This document shows positions 35,105-44,729 of a stretch of DNA of 64,000 nucleotides, in pieces. The stretch covers positions 1 through 64,000 of the forward strand of contig JALHMH010000008.1 of NCBI GenBank assembly GCA_022844165.1, read 5' to 3'. How positions within the stretch are numbered: position 1 is the first letter of the stretch; every line of letters starts with the position of its first letter. Source of the stretch: Lysobacterales bacterium. GTDB lineage: Bacteria; Pseudomonadota; Gammaproteobacteria; Xanthomonadales; SZUA-5. A program made the translations under genes and the position numbers. Below the pieces are notes generated by a model. It was not told the DNA's origin and made no database searches. It saw only the letters and a list, made by a program, of their open reading frames with translations.

Positions 35105-37306
35105 ATGCACCTTCAGCGGCTTGTCCCATTGGCGATTGCTGGTCTTCTGCTTGGCGCTTGTAGCGGCAGCAGCAATAGCCCGCGCGCCACCCCCGTCCAG
35201 GGCGCCACGAATAGCAACGGCCAGTTCGTCAGCGGTATCCATACGGCCCGTTTTGATCCATCGACCGGCGTCATCCCGTTTCCGAACAATCTTTTGCTTC
35301 AAGGTTCGCGGGATCTCACGATCAATGCGCCGGCAGCGAATCCGAACAACTTTGGCGACCCAACCGTCGCTCTGAACGCACTCGACGGATTTTCGACCAC
35401 CTCGCCGTGGTCGATGACCTTTACCGCCGCGATAGCGCCGACGACGCTGACGCCCGGTAACACGGTGCGCCTCTTTGAGGTTGCGGTGGTGACATCCGGT
35501 CCTGGCGCTGGCGCAGTGCAGCGAGTGGTGCGTGAGTTGGCATCGCCTGCCGAGTATGTGGTTGCGATTTCGACCACTGATGCCACCAATCGAACGATGG
35601 CGATCGTTCCGACGCGGCCACTGGAAGAATTAAAGTCGTATATGGCCGTCGTCACCAACGGCGTCACCGACACCGCCGGTAACAATGCGACGCCCGATTC
35701 AGCTTACTTCCTGGCGAAGAGAACTTCCCCATTGTCGCAGGGAACCGGCACGGCATGCGTGTCGCTCGATCCGCTGTTGCCGGCATCCACCGCATGTGGG
35801 TTAGAGCCGCTCCGTCAGCTGACCAACTCATTCGAAGCAGCAGCTGCTGCGGCTGGCGTCAATCGCGCCAATATCGTGTTGTCCTGGGTTGCCAATACGC
35901 AGGGTGTGACACCCACACTGCGCCTCGTCCGCAGCAACGCGCGCCCGGCAACAACCCGGTTCGCCCGCACCGGGCTGACGACCGCAGCGGCCGGCCTGCC
36001 GCCGATCGCTGACATTTTCATCGGCACGATCGGGTTGCCCTACTACCTGACAGCGCCCGGTACGGGAACCCCTGCTGCGCCAGCGTCTGCGGTGCTGACG
36101 GGTTTTTGGCGCGCGGCGCCGGGCGCTTATGTGCCGCCGTTTAACGCCTTGGGACTGGACTCGACATCCACCAACCTGACGGTGGCTAACCCGATTCCGG
36201 TGGCGACCTCAACACAGACCGCGCCCGTCCTGGTGACCATCCCAAATGCCGCCAGCGGCCAGACGCGGCCAGCTGCGGGATGGCCAGTGGTTATCTTTCA
36301 GCACGGTATCACGCGTAACCGATGCGACATGTTGGCGATCTCAGCAACCTTCGCTCAAGCCGGTTGGGCTGTCGTCGCCATCGATCAGCCGCTCCACGGT
36401 GCTTCGCCGACCGCAACCACAGACCAGTGCCAACCGTTCTACATCGGCCGAACACCATTTGCCCAAGCCGGCGCTCGCGAGCGCACGTTCGACGTCGATT
36501 TAATCAACAATGCGACGGGTGCGCCGGGTCCCGATGGGCAAGTCGATCCCACTGGAGCGCATTCGATCAACCTGTCCAGCCTTCTCACCTCGCGTGACAA
36601 CGTACGCCAGGCGGCGGCGGATCTGGGCGTACTGGCCGTCAGCATTCCGACGATGGATGTGGATGGCAACACCGCAGCGGATTTCGACGGCTCACGGATC
36701 GCTTTCGTCGGGCAATCGTTGGGTTCGATTGTTGGCACAACATTTCTCGCATTGGAGCCCACGGTGAACGTGGCCGTTCTAAGCGTGCCAGGTGGTGGTA
36801 TCGCCAATCTCCTCAATGGATCGCCCACATTCGGCCCGCGAATTCGCGCTGGCATTTCGGCGGCCTCAGGTATTCCGACAAACGATCCGCGCTTTCCAGG
36901 AACATTGGGCCAGTTCCTGCTGATTACGCAGACGGTCATCGACTCGGGCGATCCGATCAATTACGCGCGACTTGCTTCGACCAAGCGCATCTTGCTTCAA
37001 GAGGTCGTTGGCGGTGGAACAGTGTTGCCGGATCAGGTGGTGCCAAATACGGTCGCTGGTGCGCCGCTGTCGGGTACGGAACCCCTGATTGCCGCGTTGG
37101 GCCTGAGCACCATCACCCAGAACACCACGAACGCGAACGGCATTCGTGGCGTGACGCGCTTCATCGTTGGCGATCATGGCTCACTGTTGTCGCCGACGGC
37201 ATCGCTCGCGGCCACCGTCGAGATGCAAGGTCAGATGGCGTCGATGGTTGCATCGGGCGGAGCCCAAGTGAACGTCGCGAATCGCGCCGTGATTCGTACG
37301 CAGTAA
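35105..37306 (+). CDS. Extracellular lipase lipoprotein (Pla-1/cef-like alpha/beta hydrolase)
   Basis: Lipobox LGAC; ALNALDGFST, WPVVIFQHGIT, GQSLG nucleophile motif, GDHGSLLSP. Confidence 0.88.
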   Translation: MHLQRLVPLAIAGLLLGACSGSSNSPRATPVQGATNSNGQFVSGIHTARFDPSTGVIPFPNNLLLQGSRDLTINAPAANPNNFGDPTVALNALDGFSTTSPWSMTFTAAIAPTTLTPGNTVRLFEVAVVTSGPGAGAVQRVVRELASPAEYVVAISTTDATNRTMAIVPTRPLEELKSYMAVVTNGVTDTAGNNATPDSAYFLAKRTSPLSQGTGTACVSLDPLLPASTACGLEPLRQLTNSFEAAAAAAGVNRANIVLSWVANTQGVTPTLRLVRSNARPATTRFARTGLTTAAAGLPPIADIFIGTIGLPYYLTAPGTGTPAAPASAVLTGFWRAAPGAYVPPFNALGLDSTSTNLTVANPIPVATSTQTAPVLVTIPNAASGQTRPAAGWPVVIFQHGITRNRCDMLAISATFAQAGWAVVAIDQPLHGASPTATTDQCQPFYIGRTPFAQAGARERTFDVDLINNATGAPGPDGQVDPTGAHSINLSSLLTSRDNVRQAAADLGVLAVSIPTMDVDGNTAADFDGSRIAFVGQSLGSIVGTTFLALEPTVNVAVLSVPGGGIANLLNGSPTFGPRIRAGISAASGIPTNDPRFPGTLGQFLLITQTVIDSGDPINYARLASTKRILLQEVVGGGTVLPDQVVPNTVAGAPLSGTEPLIAALGLSTITQNTTNANGIRGVTRFIVGDHGSLLSPTASLAATVEMQGQMASMVASGGAQVNVANRAVIRTQ

Positions 37307-37326
37307 TCGAGAAGCGATCGGACACC

Positions 37327-39237
37327 ATGGAGAAAACGATGAAAAACACCATACCCGTGCGCTCGCGTCTTGCGCTCGCTGTGCTTGGCGCGTTGGTCGC
37401 CTCGCCTACCTTCGCGTGGGAGTACAGCAACGGCGACTTTGCGTTAACCACGTCTAACACCTTCAGCTATGGCGTGCAGTCGCGTGTCGAAGATCCGGAC
37501 AATGCCTTGATCGGGAAGGCCAACTTGTTTGTGCCCACGCCGCCTTCGGCGGCGTTGCCAACGGGCATTCCATTTCCTGCCGCCTTGCCGAACGCGCAGC
37601 AACGCCTGTTGCCCGGTCGTTTTTCGGTCAATAGCGATGATGGCAACCGCAAATGGGACAACGGCGATGTGTTCAGTAACGCCGTCAAGTGGAACGGTGA
37701 GCTCAGCTGGACGTATGGAGAAAACTGGGGCGGATTTGCCCGTGCCCTGGCCTTCTACGATTACGAAAATCAGCGCCGCGACGATATCAGCGATCTGGCC
37801 AAAGAAGCAGTAGGCAAGGACGCGCAGCTGCTCGACTTCTTCGTTTACAACAATTTTGCCTGGGGCCAGACCAATGGTTCGGTCCGTCTTGGACGGCAAG
37901 TGATCAGTTGGGGCGAGAGCACGTTCATCCAGCAGGGCATCAACGTCATCAATCCGATCGATGTTTCGAAACTGCGCGTTGCAGGTTCGGAATTGAAAGA
38001 GGCGTTCCTGCCGATCGATCAGATTTGGGCAAGCTTGAGCTTCAACGAGAACTTCTCGATCGAAGCCTTGTATATGTTCGAGTTTGAACAAACTGAGCCG
38101 GAGCCATCTGGAACATACTTCAGTTCGAACGACTTCGCGGCGCTGGGTGGCGAATACGTCATGTTGAACTTCGGTCTGGTGCCGGAGCCGATCAACTTTG
38201 GATTTTGCCCGGCGATCGGCGCCGGCCAAAACCCGGGTGGCTTCGATCCGTTCACGTTGGCGATTCAGCGATCCGCATGCGCTGCTGCAGTGCCACGTGC
38301 GCCGGATCGTTTTGCATCCGAGAGCGGTCAATACGGGCTGGCCGCACGTTACTTCGCGCCAGAAATCAACAACACCGAATTTGGCTTCTACTATCTCAAC
38401 TACCACAGCCGGTTGCCGCTGCTGTCGGGTATCTCGGTGACGAACTCCAATGCAAACTCCGCAAGATACTTCGCGGAGTATCCGGAGGACATCGAACTTT
38501 ATGGCTTTAGCTTCAATACCACATTGGAAGGATCTGGCATCGCGTGGCAAGGCGAGCTGAGCTTCCGACCCAACGCGCCGCTGCAGATAGACGATGTGGA
38601 ACTGCTGTTCACGGCGTTGAGTCCGCTCAACGCGGTCATTCCGCAGCCCGTAAATCGCTTTGTCAGCCAACTGGGATCGGTAGGACCGGGCCAGTACGTC
38701 AGAGGTTGGGAGCGCCACGAAATCAGCCAGTTCCAGACGACGCTGACAAAAGTCTTCGGGCCGGAGAACCCGGTAGGCGCCGATCAGATTTCGGCCGTGC
38801 TTGAGGTCGGCGCAACCAAGGTTTGGGACTTGCCGGATCCTTCGGTGCTCCGCTATCAAGGTGACGGTACTGACACCGGCGGCGGCCCGGACTTCCTGAC
38901 GGGTGCGTTCCGCAACCCGCAGACCTTGAACAACGGCTTTCCGACCTCGTTTTCGTGGGGCTACCGATTGGCAGGCCGCGCCGATTACAGTAACGCCTTC
39001 GGGTCGCCATTTACGCTGTCCCCGCGTATCGCATTTAACCATGACGTCAACGGTATCACCCCAGGCCCCGGCGGCAACTTCCTGGAAGATCGCCGTTCGC
39101 TGACTTTGGGTGTGGAAGCCAACTACCTGAATGAGTGGAGCGTCGATTTGAGCTACACGCGATTCTCAGGCGCGGGCATCTTTAATTTGCTCAACGATCG
39201 CGACTTTGTGGCCTTCACGGCGCGCTACGCGTTCTGA
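37327..39237 (+). CDS. DUF1302-family outer-membrane beta-barrel protein
   Basis: NSDDGN, RLGRQVISWGESTF, INPIDVSKLR, terminal DRDFVAFTARYAF. Confidence 0.9.
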   Translation: MEKTMKNTIPVRSRLALAVLGALVASPTFAWEYSNGDFALTTSNTFSYGVQSRVEDPDNALIGKANLFVPTPPSAALPTGIPFPAALPNAQQRLLPGRFSVNSDDGNRKWDNGDVFSNAVKWNGELSWTYGENWGGFARALAFYDYENQRRDDISDLAKEAVGKDAQLLDFFVYNNFAWGQTNGSVRLGRQVISWGESTFIQQGINVINPIDVSKLRVAGSELKEAFLPIDQIWASLSFNENFSIEALYMFEFEQTEPEPSGTYFSSNDFAALGGEYVMLNFGLVPEPINFGFCPAIGAGQNPGGFDPFTLAIQRSACAAAVPRAPDRFASESGQYGLAARYFAPEINNTEFGFYYLNYHSRLPLLSGISVTNSNANSARYFAEYPEDIELYGFSFNTTLEGSGIAWQGELSFRPNAPLQIDDVELLFTALSPLNAVIPQPVNRFVSQLGSVGPGQYVRGWERHEISQFQTTLTKVFGPENPVGADQISAVLEVGATKVWDLPDPSVLRYQGDGTDTGGGPDFLTGAFRNPQTLNNGFPTSFSWGYRLAGRADYSNAFGSPFTLSPRIAFNHDVNGITPGPGGNFLEDRRSLTLGVEANYLNEWSVDLSYTRFSGAGIFNLLNDRDFVAFTARYAF

Positions 39238-39263
39238 CATGGATTGAGGCAGAGGAGAGTAAG

Positions 39264-40619
39264 ATGAGGATGAGAACCAAACTGCTCGGCGCTCTGCTGA
39301 GCCTCGGACTGGCCAGCGGCGCCCATGCCGCAGTGCCAGCAGCGCAGGCTGACCGGCTGGGCAAAGATCTGACGCCGGTCGGCGGCGAGAAAGGCGCCAA
39401 CAAAGACAACACTATTCCAGCCTGGGATGGTGGCATCACCCGGCCACCCGCCAACTTCAAGCTTGGCGATTTTCACCCGGATCCGTTTCCCGGTGACAAA
39501 CCGCAATTGCAGTTGACGCAGGCCAACTACAAGGACCATGCAGCCAAGTTGTCCGTCGGCCAACAGGCGATGTTTGCGAAGTATCCGACGTTCCGGATGG
39601 ATATCTATCCTACCCGGCGTTCGGCTTCGTTTCCGCAACGCATCTACGACATGACCAAGCGCAATGCCACGACTGCCAAGATGATTGGCGAAGGTGCGGG
39701 CGTGGAAAATGCAGCCGAAGGCTTCCCGTTCCCGATTCCCTCCGACGGCTACCAGGTCATTTGGAACCATAAGCTCAAGTACAAGGGCGTCTCGGTTCGA
39801 CGCTGGGCAAATCAAGCGGCGCCAACGGCAACCGGTGCATTCACGCCCATTCGCATTCGCGAAGAGCTGCTTGGATTGTATTGGAAGGAAGGCAATACCA
39901 TCGCCGACATCAATAACGTTCTGACCTACTTCTATCAAGAAGTGCTGGCGCCCGCCCGCCTGGCAGGTAACGTTTTGTTGGTGCATGAGACATTGAACCA
40001 GGAAGCGCAGCAACGTCAGGCGTGGGTGTACAACCCGGGTCAGCGCCGCGTGCGCAAAGCGCCGAATGTGGCTTACGATAATCCAGGCACTGCATCGGAT
40101 GCGCTTCGAACGAACGATATGACCGATATGTTCAATGGCGCGTTAGATCGCTTCGAGTGGAAGCTGGTGGGCAAGCGCGAGATGCTGATTCCGTACAATA
40201 CGTACAAGGCTCACGCCAAAGGGCTGGACTACAAGACGCTGATCCGTCCTGGGCATCTGAATCCAGATGTCATGCGCTATGAACTGCATCGCGTCTGGGT
40301 GGTTGAAGCCACGCTCCGCAGTGGTTTCCGCCACATCAACAGTCGCCGCACTTTCTTCCTTGACGAAGACAGCTGGCAGATCGCCATGATCGACCACTAT
40401 GACAGTCAGGGTCAGCTTTGGCGCTACAGCGAAGCGGCGATCGTCAATTACTACGAACAGCCGGTGCTTTGGACCACACTCGAAACGCACCACGATCTGA
40501 AATCAGGACGTTACATCGTGTCCGGTATCGACAACCAAGAAGAATCCTACAACTTCTCGTTTGTGACGTCGCCGGAGAATTATTCCCCGCAGGCGCTGAG
40601 AAGCCGCGGCGTCCGTTGA
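39264..40619 (+). CDS. DUF1329-family periplasmic protein
   Basis: LTPVGGEKGAN, PFPIP, QAWVYNPGQRRVRKAP, RYELHRVWVVEA. Confidence 0.92.
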   Translation: MRMRTKLLGALLSLGLASGAHAAVPAAQADRLGKDLTPVGGEKGANKDNTIPAWDGGITRPPANFKLGDFHPDPFPGDKPQLQLTQANYKDHAAKLSVGQQAMFAKYPTFRMDIYPTRRSASFPQRIYDMTKRNATTAKMIGEGAGVENAAEGFPFPIPSDGYQVIWNHKLKYKGVSVRRWANQAAPTATGAFTPIRIREELLGLYWKEGNTIADINNVLTYFYQEVLAPARLAGNVLLVHETLNQEAQQRQAWVYNPGQRRVRKAPNVAYDNPGTASDALRTNDMTDMFNGALDRFEWKLVGKREMLIPYNTYKAHAKGLDYKTLIRPGHLNPDVMRYELHRVWVVEATLRSGFRHINSRRTFFLDEDSWQIAMIDHYDSQGQLWRYSEAAIVNYYEQPVLWTTLETHHDLKSGRYIVSGIDNQEESYNFSFVTSPENYSPQALRSRGVR

Positions 40620-40638
40620 GCGTTCGAAAGTGGTATCA

Positions 40639-40673
40639 GAACGCCGGCCCGGTGGTGAACTTGGCCGGCGTTC
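40639..40673 (+). terminator. Intergenic hairpin
   Basis: GAACGCCGGCC...GGCCGGCGTTC stem; weak U-tract. Confidence 0.5.
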
Positions 40674-40712
40674 GCATTTGTGGGTTGGGTTCAATTCTGG
40701 CTGGGGAACGGC

Positions 40713-41789
40713 ATGAGAATTTCGAAACGCGCGCTCGGGTTGCTGGGATTTGTTTGGCTCGGTGGGCTGTCGGCGCAAGATAAGACTTCGCCGCCGGCGT
40801 CGGTTTGGGCCGATCCGGCCACGGCGCCAGCGGAGACGCTCGATCTGGCGCGTATCCAGCGATCATTATTGGTCGATGTGGCGGAAGCACGGGATCGCGC
40901 CGTCATTGTCGGTGACCGAGGGCATATCCTGGTGTCCGAATCACGCAGCGAATGGCGTCAGGTCCCTGTGCCGACACGCGTGCTGCTCACAGCGGTGACG
41001 GCAGTCGACAATCGGCTTTGGGCCGTGGGTCACGATCAGGTGATTGTCTACAGTAGCGATGGTGGCTTAACGTGGACCTTGCAGAATTCGGATATCGCGG
41101 CTGAAGGTCCACTTTTAGATGTGGTGTTTCTCGATGGCGAACGTGGCTTTGCGATTGGCGCCTACGGCCAGTTCCTGAGTACTTCGAACTCTGGCGCCAG
41201 TTGGGAAGTGCAAACGATCAGCGATCGTGTTGCCGGCGTCGATCCTTCCTCCGTGCCGGTTGACGAGCCCGACGACGAGGCATTAGATGATGGGTCGATG
41301 CTTGCCAGCACCGACGTTGGTGAAGACGAAGGTGACCCACACTTAAATGCCATCGCCCGCACCAACGCCGGTTTACTGATCGTTGGCGAAGCCGGCTCCG
41401 TGTACCGGTCAATCGATGATGGCGCGACTTGGGAGCGCTCGGATCTCCCCTATGACGGTTCGATGTTCACCCTGGTTCCACTCGACAACGGTCGAATTGT
41501 CGCCGCTGGGCTTCGTGGCAACGTTTTTGTGACCGGTGATCTAGGTCGAAGCTGGCTATCGATAAGCTCGGGTACGGAAGCCAGCATATTCGGCGGTGCG
41601 GCTGTCGGAGGTAGTCGCGCACTGCTGGTAGGTGCGAGCGGCACCCTCCTCTTGGCGTCTGCAGATACGCTTGAACTAAGGCTTTCGACGTTCGCCGATG
41701 GCGGCATCATGAGTGCGGCGCTACCGATCAGCGAATCGGAGTTCGTGCTTGTTGGAGAGAACGGCGTGGCCACGCATTCCATTCATTAA
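40713..41789 (+). CDS. YCF48-like BNR/Asp-box beta-propeller protein
   Basis: VGDRGHIL, SSDGGLTW, SIDDGATW repeats. Confidence 0.88.
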   Translation: MRISKRALGLLGFVWLGGLSAQDKTSPPASVWADPATAPAETLDLARIQRSLLVDVAEARDRAVIVGDRGHILVSESRSEWRQVPVPTRVLLTAVTAVDNRLWAVGHDQVIVYSSDGGLTWTLQNSDIAAEGPLLDVVFLDGERGFAIGAYGQFLSTSNSGASWEVQTISDRVAGVDPSSVPVDEPDDEALDDGSMLASTDVGEDEGDPHLNAIARTNAGLLIVGEAGSVYRSIDDGATWERSDLPYDGSMFTLVPLDNGRIVAAGLRGNVFVTGDLGRSWLSISSGTEASIFGGAAVGGSRALLVGASGTLLLASADTLELRLSTFADGGIMSAALPISESEFVLVGENGVATHSIH

Positions 41790-41804
41790 ACGGGAGAGCA
41801 CGTC

Positions 41805-44315
41805 ATGGCAGGAATGGGTTCGAACGACGTCAGCTACCCGCGACTGGAGAAGCTGATCTTTGGTAACCGCGGAATCGTACTCGGTATCTTCATTCTGATT
41901 ACGCTCGGTTTCCTAATGGCGGCGATGCAACTTCGCATCGATGCCGGGTTCCGCAAGCAGTTACCGCTGAATCATGAGTACATGCAGACCTTCGTCGACT
42001 ACGAGACGGAGTTTGGCGGCGCAAATCGCGTTTTCGTTGCGCTGATCGACAAACGCGGTGATATGTTCAACAAAGAGTTTTTCACGGCTTTGGAGAAGGC
42101 GACGGAGCAGGTTAAGGCGATCAGCGAAGTGGACAATTCGCGAGTGCGATCGATCTTTACGCCAAATACGCGCTTTGTCGAAATCGTAGAAGGTGGATTC
42201 GCGGGCGGAAACGTTATCCCGGCAGATTTCTCGACGACCGCGCCAGATTTCAATCCGACCGCTGACGATTTCGATGCAATCCGAACCAATATCGTAAAAG
42301 CGGGAATTGTCGGGCGCCTTGTTGCGAAAGACTTCTCTGGCGCGATGGTTCAAGCAGAGTTGATTCCTGAGACGGCTGCAGAAGGTGGCAAACTCGACTA
42401 CCAAGGGGTCGGCGATAAACTCGAGCAGATTCGTGCTGCCATCGAAAACAATAATATCAGTGTGCATATTATCGGGTTTACGAAGGTGGTTGACGACATC
42501 GCCGATGGTGCCAGGTCGGTCATTTACTTCTTTCTGCTCACAGTCGTCTTTACTTTCATTCTGCTCTACGTCTACTCGACTTCGTTCAAGCTCGCGATGT
42601 TGACGGTCGTGGCGGCTTTCGTGGCAGTCATCTGGATGCTTGGTGCTTTGCGTTTGATGGGTTTTGGTATTGACCCGATGAACATGCTGACACCATTCCT
42701 GATATTCGCCATCGCAGTCAGTCACGGCGAGCAGATGATCAATCGCTATCGCGGCGAGGTGTTTTTCGGTGGGCTCGAAGAGGGTACACCTGAGGAGTTG
42801 GAGAAGCGTCAAGGAGTGTCAAGCGAGGAGGCAGCGAAGAGTGCATTCCGACGCTTGTTGATTCCCGGTTGCGTCGCCTTGCTCGCCGGGTGCATTGGCT
42901 TCGGGACGATTCTACTGATCCCAGTGAAGATGATCTTTGAGTTGGCTGTGACAGCCACGGTTGGCGTCTTTTTGACGATATTTACCAACTTGATCCTGCT
43001 GCCCATTCTGTTGTCTTACACCAAGCTGTCGAACCTGCCTAAGAAGCGTGCGTTCCGCTTGCGGCAGATCACAGCATTCGATCACATTTGGGCGTTTTTG
43101 ACACGTTTCTCCCGCCCCGCAGTGGCCGCGGGCATCATTGTGATGGGTTTGGTGGTGTGGTTCTTCGCGCACAAACATGCCGAGCAAATGATGGTCGGCG
43201 ATGCACGGGATGGTGTTGCCGAATTGCGCGACGACGCGCGGTACAACCAGGACGCGCGCGAGATTACGCAGCGATTTTCGCTGTCGACCGACATCATCAA
43301 CATCATTGCCGAAGTGGGTCCTTTCGCATGTACCGAGAGTTTCCGGGCGATGGAGACGCTCGACCGTTTCGCATGGCATATGCAGAATGTTGAGGGCGTG
43401 CAGCAAGTTATCACCCTCTCGCACGTCGGGCGAATGGTCACGGCCGGCTATAACGAAGGCAGTCCGCGCTGGCGCGCTTTGCCTAGAAACGCTGAGGTCA
43501 TGCGCCAGAGTTTGCAAAGCGTCGAGACAGATTCGGGATTGATCGATGCGCCAGAATGCAGAGCGATGCCGGTTATTGTCTTTACCACCGATCACAAAGC
43601 AGAGACGATCACGCGTGTGGTCAATGCGGTGAAATCGTTCCGTGAGAAGAACCAGGCTTTCGACATGAGTTTTCGTGTCGAGCGCGACAAGGCGGAAGTC
43701 GCGGCGATGGAAACCGGCGAGGAGTATCGAACCGATCAGGTCAACCTGCGTCTGGCGACCGGCAGCGTAGGCGTTGCCGCAGCAATCAATGAGACGGTCA
43801 GCGAACTCGAAAAACCGATGCTCTATTTGTTGTATGTAGCCGTGTTCTTGATGTGCATTCTGAGTTTCAAGAACCCGCTTGCAGCTTTGTGCATTGTTTT
43901 GCCGCTCATTCTGGTGACAGCGCTCGGTGAGGCCTTAATGGTCGAGCTTGGTATAGGCCTCAAAGTCAATACCCTCACGGTCGTCGCCCTGGGGGTCGGC
44001 ATCGGTGTCGATTATGCGATTTACATTTTTGCGCGAATGCGCGAGCTGATGCTTCAGGGTAAGGGGCTGAGTCAAGCTTACTTTGAAGCACTGAAAACGA
44101 CCGGAATTGCCATCTTCTACACCGCGCTGACGCTGGCTTGCGGTGTGGCAACATGGATATTCTCGGAGCTCAAATTCCAGGCGGACATGGGCTTGATGCT
44201 GACCTTCATGTTTGTAGTCAATATGATCGCCGCCATCGTCTTCCTGCCAGCATTGTGCCGCTGGTTATTGAAGCCTTTCGAGAAAGTGGAGTGGACCCCG
44301 CCCAAATCTGCTTAG
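41805..44315 (+). CDS. RND/MMPL-family transporter
   Basis: Two repeats of TM plus periplasmic domain; FAIAVSHG, GVGIGVDYAIY. Confidence 0.92.
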   Translation: MAGMGSNDVSYPRLEKLIFGNRGIVLGIFILITLGFLMAAMQLRIDAGFRKQLPLNHEYMQTFVDYETEFGGANRVFVALIDKRGDMFNKEFFTALEKATEQVKAISEVDNSRVRSIFTPNTRFVEIVEGGFAGGNVIPADFSTTAPDFNPTADDFDAIRTNIVKAGIVGRLVAKDFSGAMVQAELIPETAAEGGKLDYQGVGDKLEQIRAAIENNNISVHIIGFTKVVDDIADGARSVIYFFLLTVVFTFILLYVYSTSFKLAMLTVVAAFVAVIWMLGALRLMGFGIDPMNMLTPFLIFAIAVSHGEQMINRYRGEVFFGGLEEGTPEELEKRQGVSSEEAAKSAFRRLLIPGCVALLAGCIGFGTILLIPVKMIFELAVTATVGVFLTIFTNLILLPILLSYTKLSNLPKKRAFRLRQITAFDHIWAFLTRFSRPAVAAGIIVMGLVVWFFAHKHAEQMMVGDARDGVAELRDDARYNQDAREITQRFSLSTDIINIIAEVGPFACTESFRAMETLDRFAWHMQNVEGVQQVITLSHVGRMVTAGYNEGSPRWRALPRNAEVMRQSLQSVETDSGLIDAPECRAMPVIVFTTDHKAETITRVVNAVKSFREKNQAFDMSFRVERDKAEVAAMETGEEYRTDQVNLRLATGSVGVAAAINETVSELEKPMLYLLYVAVFLMCILSFKNPLAALCIVLPLILVTALGEALMVELGIGLKVNTLTVVALGVGIGVDYAIYIFARMRELMLQGKGLSQAYFEALKTTGIAIFYTALTLACGVATWIFSELKFQADMGLMLTFMFVVNMIAAIVFLPALCRWLLKPFEKVEWTPPKSA

Positions 44316-44350
44316 CGATTGGCTTCGCCGAAGCCCCGATTGATGAGGCT

Positions 44351-44381
44351 CAACGAGGCGGCGCTCAGCGCCGCTTCGTTG
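44351..44381 (+). terminator. Hairpin after the RND gene
   Basis: CAACGAGGCGGCGCT-C-AGCGCCGCTTCGTTG. Confidence 0.5.
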
Positions 44382-44729
44382 TTGGGCAACAAAGAAGGCG
44401 AAGATCGCCATTGTTGCGTGGCGACCGGAGCTGCGTCGCAAGATGCGTGCGCTCAGAATCCGCGGCACCACGAATGAATGGCAAGTGGCAAGGTCGGTGC
44501 GCCGTCGTCGGCCGCATTCTCCAAACAGCGATGTCTCCGTGGTGTGGCGTCGATCGGACTGCATTGAACTTCGATCCGAGGACCAGGTTCGACTGCTGAA
44601 GGCGCCTTTTGGCTGCGGACGATGATCCACTCGGTATCATTCGATGTTGGATCGCTCGCCCGAGAGGAGACGGATCCCGTGAAACGATCTATCCGGCCCC
44701 GTGACGCTCCGGTCCAATCACGCGATTGC

